A stretch of 64,000 nucleotides of DNA from Octopus vulgaris (Eukaryota): positions 49,104,001-49,168,000 of the forward strand of contig OX597821.1 in assembly GCA_951406725.2 (NCBI GenBank). Direction: 5' to 3'. This document shows, in pieces, positions 1 to 11,900 of the stretch (position 1 is the stretch's first letter; each line of letters begins with the position of its first letter). Both the position numbers and the translations under genes were made by a program. The notes beneath the pieces are model-generated. The model was not told the origin of the DNA and made no database searches. It was given only the letters and a program-made list of their open reading frames with translations.

Positions 1-1868
1 AGTTACCATCTTTATACTTATGTAGCATTACTGCTCCTATACCGTACTCAGAAGTTACAACAATCTCCGTTGCAGGATAGAAGTGTACTAACAACAAATC
101 AAATGTTAATAATTTTTTTAATTTCGCCTGACGCCCTTTGATAATTTTCCAACCAATTCCATTTCACATCTTTTTTAGCAGTTTATTTAGTGGAATCCTC
201 ACCTTATGTATATTCAGTATATAATTTTGGTAATAATTTCCCAATCCCAAAAATGCTTGTAAGGTCGCAATATTTGTCGGAGGGGGCATATTTTTAATTG
301 CATCTGTCATCGACGAATCTGGTCGACGTCCATTTCTGTCAATAATTTGTCCTAAATATTTTATTTTCAGTAAAAAAAAAATTAACACTTTTCTTCACTC
401 AAAGTAAAGCCGTAATCATTAATTTTTTCGATCACATATTTTAGTACTCTACATGTTGATCCCCGGATTCGCTTTTAATGAGTAAATCATCCAGATATGG
501 AATTGCGAATTCACAGTCCGCTATAATTGCATCCATAATCTGTTGAAAAATCGCTGGTGAGACTTTTAAAACAAATGGTAACCTGTTCTATTTATACATT
601 CCTTTATGTGTGTTAATTGTTAGATATTTAGAGCATTCATTGTCTACTCTCATTTGTAGGTACGCGTCAGAGAGATCCAATTTAGAAAATATCTTGCCAC
701 CGTTTAATTTCACAAAAATACCCTCTGGGGTAGGTGGCGGATAGTGGTACGTTTTAAGACATTTGTTTAAACCAGAGGAAAAATCAGCTCACCCTCTGAT
801 TTTATTGTTCTTTTTCTTAATGTACACAGTCGATGCTACCCATTGACCATTATTCCACTTTTTGGATAACTCCAATTTTTTCTAGTTTCTCTAACTCTAA
901 GTTTATCTGTTCTAACTCTGCGAACGGTACAGTTCGTTTTTATTTAGATGTCCTGTAAGTTAAATAATTCCATCCAGTCAGTTCCGAATAAATTTGTAGT
1001 ATTATTTAAAAACTTTGGCTTTTAAGGTTTTTTCACGAGATGAAATGATATTTATCAATTTGCCCTTAAAATATAATTTTTTCCTGAAACACCACATGCA
1101 ATTTTCGAAGTTTCATTTAATCTAGGTCTCCTGATTTTTTTCCCGTGTATCTGTGTTAATTATCAAAATATAGCTGCCCGTATCCAATTGTTACTTTACG
1201 TTTATGTTATTAATTTTTACATACACAAATTCTCTTTTGAGGCTCGTTCGTATTTATTGTCACCGATAGCCTGTTCACGTGATTTTTTTGTTGAACCGTT
1301 TTTTAGGTTTTATTTTACAGTGTGATTTTTTGATGGCCTATCTTACATACTTGAAGTATTTTATATTTTTAAACGGACAGTTACTTTTAAAATGTAGACC
1401 ACCGTACCCATGACATTGATTCGGTCTCGACATTTCTTTCTTATCCAATACCAGTTGACACGCATGGATATGAGGATTATCTTCCTCTTCAATTTGATCT
1501 GCATCATGTCGTAGATTTATAATCCTCTGACATTCTTCTGCTACTGCTTGTAGAGTTAAATGTTGTCCCCGTTCTAATTTTGTTAATACCCGGAACGTAT
1601 ATCTGCATCTTTGTTTGCAGTAAGCCCTTGAACAAAAATTAAAGCCTTCAACAAGTCCAGGGTCAACTCATTCAATTTGAATTTCTCCCACTTTCTGTTA
1701 ACCACTCCGGCATAGATGATGAAATCTTCATCTTTTTTGACCAAATTTAAACATTGCCAGCTAGTATTGAACGCGGAACTTCCTTCGTTGAACATTTTCG
1801 ATAAAAAAAAATTTGTTTCATCGAAACAAATCTCACCTGGTTTCTTCGGCAGAATATAGTTACTAAAA
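1..1868 (-). mobile_element. Degenerate Ty3/Gypsy LTR retrotransposon gag-pol (continues beyond window start)
   Basis: Minus-strand translation gives gag zinc-knuckle-like CHGYGGLHFKSNC (~1380-1420), protease QLDTGSY (~1170-1190), RT FSKLDLSDAYLQ (~655-690), PYLDDLL (~481-500), IKYLGQII...LQAFLGLGNYY (164-388) and RNase H-like start near 1-70; many stops and frameshifts. Confidence 0.9.
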
Positions 1869-1869
1869 T

Positions 1870-4345
1870 AGGTAAGTGGAGGGACATATGCAAATAAAAT
1901 AGATTACAAAAAAGATAGGTATATTATATACTAAGGAAAGATATAAAAATCAGATATATGGAGAGAAAGGGGGTGTAGGGAGATTTGAGAAAGAGTTAGC
2001 CCAATATATGGTGGGTCATGCAATTATTAGAGGGAAGAGTTAAATAAAAAAATATATATATCAATATAGTGGTGTGAAGAGGATATGATGAGTAATGGAA
2101 TTCTATAGAAAGAGATAATATCTAGAGATATTTTTTTTTAAATAGAGATGTTTAAAAAAGAAAATGTTTTTAAAAATTCAAGTTAGTGGGGAGGGAAGAA
2201 TTATTTAAGATTAATAAAAAGGAATTTGGTCATGTGTTTACATGAGAACTTTTTCATCCCTAGTATTAACCAGATAGCCATTCATTCTCATTATATTGTC
2301 GCTTTCTTCCAAACGTAACCTACAAATTTTATTATTATATCTTTAAGAGGGGGCAAAAGATAGGATTTTCCAAGAGACTGAGTAATCAATATTGTTTCTT
2401 TTGAAGCGCCAAATTTTTTCTAGATAGACCTGTGCTATTCTCTTTTCTAGGGTCCCTAAAGGAAGATTTATGATTATTAACTCTTGATTTTATAGAATTT
2501 TTTGTGCAACCAACGTATGTATGTTTTGAGGAGTTATGAGTAATAATAGTTACTTGGTATACTACTTCTTTCATTTTGCAACTTCTATCTACTTCACAAG
2601 TATTTGGGTCTCTACAATTACAATTTAAATTAATGGGTAGTACTATGGCATTATGTCTATATTTATTATGGATAATGGAGTTTTGGTTATTATCATAGTA
2701 GTAGTTGTTAGTTATAGGATTATTGGAGTTGCTAGGTATATTTATTTATTATAGAATGGTTCCAGTTTCATATGGTTAAAAGAAGAGATAATCCTAAAAA
2801 TGTTTGGAGAGACTGAAAACCCAAATCTGATTTTTTTATTATTAAATACTTTTGCATATTAGGAGTTTTTAAAGTTTCTATTAATTATATTTCTAATGGA
2901 TCTAATAAAATTAAATTTTAGATGTTTGGCAAAAGGCATTATGATCCAAGTAGAGTTATTGCTGTTTTCTTTATTGGAGTGATGGGTTATGTTTGGGGGA
3001 TCATCTAGTCTCAAATATGGTGTTGGTTTCTTTTTTGCTACTTCATTCCTATCTATATTAATATGATTTCTGTGGTTATTTGTATTATTAGAGGGATTGG
3101 GCGAGATAAGATTATTTTCATTTTTATGTTTATTGGTTTGATATTCTTATTTTTATCTATAATTAAGCATTTTTTGTGTTTGTTGTCAGTATTCTTGGGT
3201 TTATTAATATTAGTACTAGTGTGGTAAGTAAGGTAGGAATTGCTAAAATTTATATTTTTTTCTTTCATTAAAGTTTTGGTTATGGTGCTCGTATTGATTA
3301 AATTTATTAGTATGTTTATTGTAGTTGTGAATTCCGTGTCTACTGTTAAAGTTGTGTTGATGACTATTATTGAGTTTTTTTATGTTTGTCAGGGTGTACT
3401 AATTCATCAGGTGACTTCATCATCATCATCATCATCATCGTTTAGCGTCCGCTTTCCATGCTAGCATGGGTTGGACGGTTCTACTGGGGTCTGTGAAGCC
3501 AGAAGGCTTCATCAGGCCCAGTCAAATCTGGCAGTGTTTCTACGGCTGGATGCCCTTCCTAACGCCAACCACTCCGTGAGTGTAGTGGGTGCTTTTTACG
3601 TGCCACCCGCACTGGTGCCAGACAGAGCTGGCAAACGGCCACGAACGGATGGTGCTTTTTATGTGCCACCGACACGAGGGCCAGGCGAGGCTGGCAACGG
3701 ACACGAAACGGGGCGGTGCTGGCAACGGTCGCGAAACGGAAGGTTCTCTTACATGCCACCGGCACTGGTAACACATCTGCAATTGATCGATTTCGATTCT
3801 GATCCTCACTTGCCTCAACGGGTCTTCACAAGTAGAGTTTCGACATGCCACCGGCACTGGTAACACATCCGCAATTTCCATTGATCGATTTCGATTCTGA
3901 TCCTCACTTGCCTCAACACGTCTTCACAAGTAGAGTTTTGTGTCCCAAGAAGGGAAGGTATGCATACGTAGGCTGGCTCCATCCCATGTAGAAGGCCACT
4001 TAGGTTCACTAATATTATCTATGTGGTTCATATCAAGATAAATTTTGGTATTTTTAGTATTGATGCTATCGTTTTTATTGTACTTAATTTCCTGCCTTCT
4101 TAAGTGCTAGGTTATAGTAGTCTTTATGTTTGTTAAAAATGTCTTCGTTGATGATAGTAGATTAATTCTTCTTTCTATGTTAGTGGTCAGGTTTTTTATA
4201 GTGTTATAAAGATGGTTGCTTTGAGCGTTTCTGTACGTGATATTGTTGTTAGATTTATGGTAAGGCTGATAGGGGGAAGTAGTAAGATTAAAGTTAACGT
4301 CTAGGAAGTTCACAGAGTTGTTATCTTTTTCAATAGTAATGGGAG
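1870..4345 (-). mobile_element. Penelope-like element fragment (RT thumb + GIY-YIG endonuclease), interrupted by an RTE 3' end at ~3418-4000
   Basis: ORF 4107-4418 has VNFLDVNFNL..YQPYHK..SNH..RRINLLSS (PLE RT C-terminus); 2386-2625 has NCNCRDPNTC..VVYQVTI..TYVGCT..KSRVNNHKSSF (GIY-YIG), followed by CRLRLEE. Confidence 0.85.
3418..4000 (-). mobile_element. RTE-family LINE 3' end with (GAT)n tail and an internal ~92-bp tandem duplication (3751-3940)
   Basis: Starts with (CAT)n-CGTTTAGCGTCCGCTTTCCATGCTAGCATGGGTTGGACGG, the same terminus that follows RTE coding sequence elsewhere in the window. Confidence 0.8.
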
Positions 4346-5102
4346 TTCTTGGTTTTTCTGTTCGTAATTGCAGCTGAAACTGTTGTTGCAGTTGCCGCCG
4401 CTGCTGTTGCAACTGCAACCACGGAAGCTAATAAGCCTTCCATGTTCACTAATTTTTCTTCGATCTTGTATCAAAAGAAAAATGTTATGGTCCGACGTAA
4501 GCTTTGAATAAACTCGTCGCCACTTTTATAAGTAGATATACTCGTTGCCATTTTTTATCCTTCTATACGTTGGGTATACAGATATCACAAAGCGGGGATA
4601 GACACAACTGTCTCCAAAAGACATACTTCAAATTACTCCACTATAATATAATGAAATTATTGTATACAGTGCTCAGGTGCACCACAAAACACGATACTCA
4701 GGTGCACCACTAAACACGATACTCCAATAAATACAAACTCTCGACTATCTCAACGACTTCTACTGCTTCTCTCATCTCGACCAGTATGCTACTTTTTATA
4801 AGAGTTCGGCTAGTCCGTTCTTCCAATCCCGCATGGAGTGTCAACGACTCTCGCCACAACAAAAAGAAACCATCATCCTTAGCAAGACGAACCACATATA
4901 AATAACAGAACCAAACTACATGCAGTTTATTGGTTATTATAGCAGTGCTATCCTGTGCATTCAAAGCAGCTTTCCATTAACTCACTACAAAGAAAAGCTG
5001 ACTTGCAACACCGAATCTCTGATTTCCTAAAGAAGGGGTCCTACCGCAAATATCGAAATGGAAGATAAAGTACAAACATTGTGTAATTTCTTATGACTCA
5101 CA
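4346..5102 (-). mobile_element. 5' part of the Gypsy element: gag start, primer-binding site and probable 5' LTR
   Basis: PBS-like TGGCGACGAG on minus strand at 4513-4522, just upstream of a gag-like start (ATG ~4443); LTR outer edge is uncertain. Confidence 0.55.
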
Positions 5103-5139
5103 TTGTTTTGGATTTTAAAAAAATATTTTATATATATAT

Positions 5140-5268
5140 ATAGTTGAAATTTACAGAAAAACTAGAGACAAAGACAGATGTATAAACAATAAGCACGTGT
5201 ATTAGTTTGACGCTTGGGGAGGTGAGAAAGTCTTTTACGTTACGAACCTACGCTCTTCAACAGAAGAC
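5140..5268 (-). mobile_element. Penelope-type terminal fragment beside (TA)n with degenerate hammerhead-like motif
   Basis: Same family as 56250-56420 (shared ACTAATAC..TGTTT..TACA..CTGTCTTTGTC); motif CTGTTGA-A-GAGC-gtag-GTTC-GTAA-CG-TA. Confidence 0.5.
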
Positions 5269-5884
5269 ACATACACATATACACACAAGCACACAACAGG
5301 GTCTTCTAGTATCTGTCAACTGAATCCAAAACCATGATAGGAAAGCATATTTCTTAACCACAGTCATGCCTGCCCACCAACAGATTCATATATTGTAACT
5401 GCTTTGAATATTTTGGTTGTGAAGAATCTTTACCTTTTGCTTCTTAAAGAGTTCAGCATCATTATAAAGAGTAGAACACTTCCCTAACTCTTTTAAGATT
5501 CATATAAAGACCATAACTATCAGGAGAAAGTTATATTAAATCAACCCAAGTGTATGACTAGTATTTTTATGTCGACTTTGAAGAGTCAATGTTGGTGGAA
5601 TTTTAATTCAAATTATATAAAGAGATGCGACTAAAACCATAAAAAGTGCTCAACTGATTCTCTCTGTTCCCTTACCGCTTAATGGTCAAAATAATTTCTA
5701 ACAAACACAAAGTCATACATTATTAAGACAAGAGGATATGTGGTCAGTTTCATTGTCCAGTTATTTTGCCTGATATTTATTTTATAGACCTTGGGAGGAG
5801 GATAGAACAAAGTTGATCTCAACAGGACAACATGAATAGCCTAACTAAATGTTATATTATCTCCAAAGCTTTACAGTTATGATC

Positions 5885-6010
5885 TGCACTACAAAGTCTG
5901 TCCTATATTTCACCAATTCTGTCTGATAGTCTGCCAATTCTCTGACATTTTGTCAATCCTGTTCTACACTCTACCAATTCTGTCCAATGTTCTACCATTC
6001 TCTACACTTT
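5885..6010. repeat. Degenerate ~20-bp tandem repeat
   Basis: Recurring CCAATTCTGTC / CTACCAATTCT units just upstream of the MAM exon acceptor. Confidence 0.5.
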
Positions 6011-6037
6011 CTAATAAGCATAAAACATTTTTTGCAG

Positions 6038-6157
6038 TTGGTGCTGGAGGCTGTTATTGGTTCTGGCAGAGAAGGTGACATTGCTGTGGATGACATCAGA
6101 GTTGAACCAGGATTCTGTAACTACAAACGGAATTTCAGAGGGATTGATCTACTTTGA
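6038..6157 (+). CDS. Terminal coding exon of a MAM-domain protein (upstream exons probably outside the window)
   Basis: Acceptor ttttttgcag at 6037, then LVLEAVIGSGREGDIAVDDIRVEPGFCNYKRNFRGIDLL followed by TGA TAA; GDIAxDDI...G.C is the MAM C-terminal signature; AATAAA at 6251. Confidence 0.85.
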   Translation: MVLEAVIGSGREGDIAVDDIRVEPGFCNYKRNFRGIDLL

Positions 6158-6250
6158 TAACTCTTCTGCACATCGTACATTTGTTAAATGGTAACACTGT
6201 AACACGTTAAGATTAGAAACATATAAACATTGAAGCATGTTACGTTTGTA

Positions 6251-6256
6251 AATAAA
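6251..6256 (+). terminator. Polyadenylation signal of the MAM-domain gene
   Basis: AATAAA ~95 nt after the stop codon. Confidence 0.55.
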
Positions 6257-6465
6257 ATCTTTCTGTAAAATACAGCAATCAAATTAAAATATCTTAGAAA
6301 CAAATTGATTTTCTCAGGACAAAAGAAACACAACCTGTTTTGAAAAAAATGGGTATCTGTGATATTCATATCTTTATCAATGACATTAGCTGTTTAAGTG
6401 AGGTAAACATGTAGATGGATGACTTATTTTCAAAAATTCCAGCAATATATATATATATATATATA

Positions 6466-7703
6466 TAAGGCTGAGTAAAAAGTAAGCAACGTTTTGAAAC
6501 ATGAAATCCATCGCAATATATTTCAACAACGCGGAAATTTTATTCATCAAAGTAAATACCATTACAATCAACATATTTTTGTCAACGAGTTACAAGTTTG
6601 TTTATTCTGGAGTTCTGAAGCTGATGAATTCTTTGAATGCACTTTCAGCATCGGTTTGATTTTTGAACTCCTTCTCTCGCAGGAAACCATCAAGATGCTT
6701 GAAAAAGTGGTAGTCAGTAAGGGAAAGGTCTGTGGAATAAGCTGGGTGGGGAAGTACTTCGTATCCAAGTTCCCTCAACTTCATTAGTGAAACGTGTGGT
6801 CAAGCATTGTCATGAAGAATGATTGGTCTTCTTCTGTTGACCAGTCTGACATGGAGGAGTAGCAGTTTTTCATTCATTTTGGCAATTTCATGACAATATC
6901 TTTCTGCAGTAATGGTTTTTCCGGGTTTTAAGAAGTACACCACCAAACAGTCAACCTAACCTTCTTTTTGAAGAGCTAGGGTTTAGGGAAGGGTTTCGGT
7001 GCTTCATTTTGGTCCAACCACTGCTAAGAACGTTTTTTATTATTGTACAGAAACCATTTTTCATCGCAAGTTACAATAAGGTCGAAAAATAGATCGGTCT
7101 GGTTACGGAGAAGAAACAACGAGCAAATTTTATATCTGCGCATTTTCTGATTTTCATTCAAATGCTTTACTACCCATTTGTCGAACTTTTTTGATTTTCC
7201 GATCGCATGCAAATGGTTGCAAGCAGTTTTCTGGATAACTTGAAGCTCTTTTGCCAGTTCTTGAGTGGTTTTACATGGATCTTTCTCAATGACGGTCTTT
7301 AATTGACTGTCATCGATTACAGAAGGGCGTTCACTACGCTCACGATCTTCAAGGCTCAGGTCTCCTCTGTGAAATCGTTTAAACCATTTTCGAGCTGACC
7401 ACTCATAGGTCATTTCCTCACCAAACGTTTCGTTGACATCGCGAGCAGTTTCAGCTGCTTTATGTCCTTTTATGAAGTTGAATAGCAAAACTGCTCGAAT
7501 ATCGCGCGTTGACAGTTCCATTTCAGATGATTGTAATAACGGTGAAAAAACATTGATGTTAATTTATTGATGCATTTTGGCTAGTCTGTGTCTGTATTCC
7601 CAAATAATTGCAAACAAATGTTTAAAAATAATTCAAAACTCTGCAAAAATCCGGTACAAATTCTTCATCGTTCAAAACGTTGCTTACTTTTTTCCCAACC
7701 TGA
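6466..7703 (-). mobile_element. Mariner (DD34D-type) DNA transposon, defective
   Basis: ~33-bp TIRs (..AAAAAGTAAGCAACGTTTTGAA) flanked by TA; ORF 7024-7521 has HTH, WFKRF and IVTCDEKW; 6602-6784 has HPAYSTDLSLTDYHFF. Confidence 0.92.
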
Positions 7704-7776
7704 TATGTATGTATGTATGTATGTGTGTGTGTGTGTGTATGTGTATATATATATATATATGTGTGTGTGTGTATAT

Positions 7777-7962
7777 AGTTAATCCAAACATGAAAGCACA
7801 AAGAGAAAGCACAACAACGCGAGGACGTAGAACAAGTATAGTGTTATTGGACGCTCAGGAAAGGAAAGAAAGTGGATTTAACGTTTCGAGTGGAACTCTT
7901 CGTCAGAAACATAGAAAAAGGAAAGGTCCAATGAAGGGAAGACGGAGAAAGAAAATCACTGA
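7777..7962 (-). mobile_element. Penelope-type terminal fragment between TA tracts
   Basis: Pyrimidine-rich tail on minus strand carrying a minimal hammerhead core; flanked by (TA)n. Confidence 0.55.
7876..7910 (-). ncRNA. Minimal type I hammerhead ribozyme-like motif
   Basis: GTTT-CTGACGA-A-GAGT-tcc-ACTC-GAAA-CG-TT-AAAT: both conserved core boxes, 4-bp stem II, palindromic ACGT stem III, short stem I. Confidence 0.6.
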
Positions 7963-8209
7963 CATATATATATGTAACTTCTATGCTGGAGTGAGACAGC
8001 ATGTTTTTTGTCTATCTCCTTAACTTGAAAATTTTAGGTATAATTATACTAATGTGTCCATCTGTTCTAATTTAATTAAATTCTATGTCTTTGTACAGCT
8101 GAAGATTGCTCTGCATTTTAAATTGATGTAATGATTGCATTGTTCAATTAAATGGAGTTGCATGAAACGATCATTCTGCATTACCTCTGGATATCCTTGT
8201 TGTTTATTT

Positions 8210-8247
<38 letters not shown>

Positions 8248-8254
8248 TCTTTAA

Positions 8255-8920
8255 CATGATTCCATTTCAACTTCATGGCTGTGTTACACCATTATTTGAA
8301 ATCTACTCTGATACATGGCATTTGGCGAATGAGACAGTTTGATGCTGCTGCCCTCATTTGTGTTTCCTGCCGTGATGTAGGCTAACCTGGAACCTTTGTC
8401 AGGGGGAGATCCAATTTTGTTTTTAAGACACCTATATCCACACCATGCAGGTCTCTCAGGGATTTTGGAAGGATATTGAAGAGCTGTGGGACCTTTGAAG
8501 CCCAAACAGTTGCAGTATCTGGTCCTATATTGTGATGGCGATGCTTGGATCTTTGGCACTATGCAGTGGCGCCCCATTCTGCTGTTTTTTTAAACTTTCA
8601 ATGCCAAAGTTCGGTACAAGGCCTTCCATAATTGTTTCAGATGAATATCACTGCATATCTCTTCCGCATTCATTCTAGGGATTAAAGACTTAAATTTTTC
8701 AACCTTTCCCAGTAGCTGATATGTTGCATTGAGACGATTTTCTTTGTGTAGCTTCGCTGAATTGCTTCGAGTTCTGCCGTTAATTTTATACTGTATGATG
8801 ACCATAGTTGGGACTTACGTCGTTAGTCCAAGCCACTGACGATGCATGCTCTCTAAAGAACTATCTCTTGTTTTGAAGATGTGTCTTCTCGTCTTGAGGA
8901 CACCTACATCCAGCTAGCTG
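8255..8920 (-). mobile_element. CR1/L2-group LINE 3' fragment
   Basis: GRHCIVPKIQ...RTRYCNCLGFKGP..LFNILP-like post-RT segment with frameshifts; ends beside (TA)n. Confidence 0.55.
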
Positions 8921-9813
8921 TCGGCACATTATTTGCCAAATTAGTAATATGCATCTCGAAAGAAGATATATATATTTAAAAAATCCAGGGAAATATCAGT
9001 AAAGTACTCAGTTTTAAGCAAACTTAGTTAACCATATCAAACAATCAGACTCCAACGCAAAAAGAATACACATCCAAAGTAATTCCTCGTGTATAACAAG
9101 TAGATCCAAATATCATTTAGAAGAATTTCGAGAAATTCAGAGTATTAGACAGCAAACTGCGAATAGAGAAAATCACATCTTTAACAGTAGATTCCCCTTT
9201 CAAGGAAGACAATAGTTTCTGTTGTGTCAACATATTTAGAAATAAAAAAAAAATATCATTGGAATTCATATACCTGAAAATACATGTTACCATATTTTGA
9301 AGGAGATCCAAAATCAGTTAAATTCAAATTGAACTGAGGAAAGCGAACTCATCGGCTTTGTAAGGAGAAAGAGAGAAAGAAAGCAAAAAGACTTTCAGTG
9401 ATGACCACACCACACCTGTTTTTTTTTTTCTTTTGAAGAGGTCATCATCCTTAAACCCATTCCAATACAATGGTAAATGACAAAATAAATAAATGAATGG
9501 TGAATAGGAAGGGGATATCCTTTCTCTCTATCCGCGTTTTGTTTTATATATATATATATATAATAATATTAGGGAGTAAATCCAAACTTACAGGGAAAAA
9601 TTAGATTTAGGATTAAAACTAATTTTATAGTATAAATATATATATTAAATTAGAGATAAAACCACTATTAGGCAAATCAAACAGTGAAAATCATAAACCA
9701 ATACATATCAATCTTTTAATATTTTTATAAGTAATATGCTAATCGAATACCATTTAGTAATTATGATACTTCTACAATTGAAGATAATTTTAATAAATAA
9801 TGAATTTATGTAT

Positions 9814-10240
9814 TGTGGCATTTGATACTTGTCAATTGTCTACATTGTTCACATAAATGCCAGTACCAGGCAGAGGTGGTTTCCAGCAGTAAGAGAAGCT
9901 TAAGAATAAATAAATGGAAATTTGTCAGCAGAACAAAGTTAGTAACCGTAAGTTACCTCTTACACTCTCAGTGTTGTGATGAGAGCCAAGGTACCCTCTT
10001 GTGAGGAATGGACTGAACCGAGAGAGTGTATATAGTTTGTGTTATTTCATAGTGAAGTTCAAGAGTGTGGGTTGGTTTGTTCATTTGGAATATTTGTTGG
10101 TTCTTGAGAGATAGTTATGTTGTTATTGCTGCTGCATTATCTTATTTTATCACACTGGTACCACATATTTTAGGCCATTATCGCAATAGTGGTGGTACTA
10201 CTATATTGGATACAAACCATGTTACAGCATCTGGCGACAA
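9814..10240 (+). mobile_element. Possible LTR remnant followed by PBS-like TGGCGAC
   Basis: TG...CA bounded non-coding segment followed by TGGCGAC (10232-10238), resembling the Gypsy PBS at 4513-4522; no partner LTR seen. Confidence 0.25.
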
Positions 10241-11499
10241 AAGGCTCGAAGATCACGTAGCATGTAATTCACCTGCAAACTAAGCATTAAATTCTTTCTT
10301 ACCAGATTGTCATCCTTCTGAAATTCCCTTGTCCATGTTATTTCCTCTGCAGCCATCCACACATTTTATTCAAGATCAACTACATCAATCTTACCAGTTT
10401 TGAAGGCACAGCTCTTGTCTCGGAAGGAATGCAAAAGGCAAGGATACAGCCCCCTTTATCCAGCCAAATTGTTCAAATAAAACATGGGGAAAAAAAACCC
10501 TAACACCCACTACTATTTCTGTGAATTAGTAAGCTGTAAACTATATCAAACTGAGCCCACATCATCATCTTTAACATGTCTCACAGCTAGAACCTTTTAC
10601 TAAATATTTTATCCAATCATTTATCTCCAGAATGGCAGCTTCTACATGGAATCACATTCTCATCAGACATTAATTTACACAAGTTGAAAAAAGACGTCAT
10701 CTACATTCACATTAACAGTTTAGGAAAGCCTGCAGATGTTCTCTTGCTCGCACTTTATATTAATACAAATAAGAATTTCTAACAAAGGTACATAGCCAAA
10801 TATTTTATTGGAGGAAATAATGTCAACTATATTGACCCACTCCTTATCTAGTGTTTTATTTCATTGCCCACAAAAAAAGAGAAATGTGAAGTGTGTTGAC
10901 AATGCTAACTAACCCTTTCATGACTTAAATTCTGATAGGTAAACTGTTTCATTAAATCTCTAGTGCCAGTTTAGCATACAGTAAACGTGGCCATTTACAA
11001 TTTAGTATGCTATCTGTTGCCAATTCTAGACCATAGCTCTAACCCTAACATAAACCATAACAAGGCATAGTCTACATAGTTACAAGCAGATAGACACTCT
11101 ACTGACCTTCTCACCTTTATCTCATAATTTTGTTGATCCAAACACCTGATTAATAATTAAAGAAAGTAGTTATTTTACTAAGACTGTTCAAATTGATTAT
11201 GCGTATTTCATTGGGAACATGACTAAAAGAATTTAGCATCAAATTTGATTTCAACTTACATTTTCCACAGCTATTCTAACAACAGTGTAATAATACTTCT
11301 GTAACCTCTCAGAGGAAACATGACTCCTCCTTCACTCCTCTCCACCATTCATTTATGGTTTGAGAATAATTCTATAATTGTTGTAAACTGGAATGGAACT
11401 TACTCTCTTTCTGCTCACATCCATTCTTCATTTAATGCTACTTGGTTTGCATCTTTTAGAGAGATAGATTAGATAAAATGAACTCAAAGAGCAACTAGA

Positions 11500-11900
11500 A
11501 AGTGAAAGTAGTATCTAACTTAGCATATGGTGTTGGAGGTGGTAGATGTGGTTATCATGGCAGTGGTGGTGGTGGTGTAGTGGTGACAGTGGATGTGTAT
11601 GATGGCAGCAATTATAGTGTTGGTGTTTTTGTAGAGGTGGTGGTGGCGGCGGCAGTGGATGATGATGATAATGATGATGATAGTAGTAGTAGCATTGATT
11701 ATGTTAGGATGTCTCATGGATGGTAGTGTTGAAGACATTGCAGAGTGTAGTGGTGGTGAAATTGGTGAATTTGAATATGATGCTGGTATTGATCTTGGGG
11801 TTGTGGTTGCAGAAGATGGTTGTAGTAATGGTTGTAGTGGTGGTTGTGAAGATGATTCTGATATTGATAGTCTTTGCACTGAGGTGGTGGCAGAGTCAGA
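11500..11900. repeat. Low-complexity (GGT/GAT/AGT)n-rich tract
   Basis: Mixed degenerate trinucleotide repeats that open several overlapping ORFs. Confidence 0.7.

Noticed and set aside
7024-7521. Domesticated SETMAR-like gene
   Set aside because: Flanked by TIRs, ORF truncated and internally deleted, no SET exons; an ordinary dead mariner
11398-11460. Minus-strand segment ending in a GTAAGT donor-like site
   Set aside because: Stops in all three frames and no partner exons; cannot be supported
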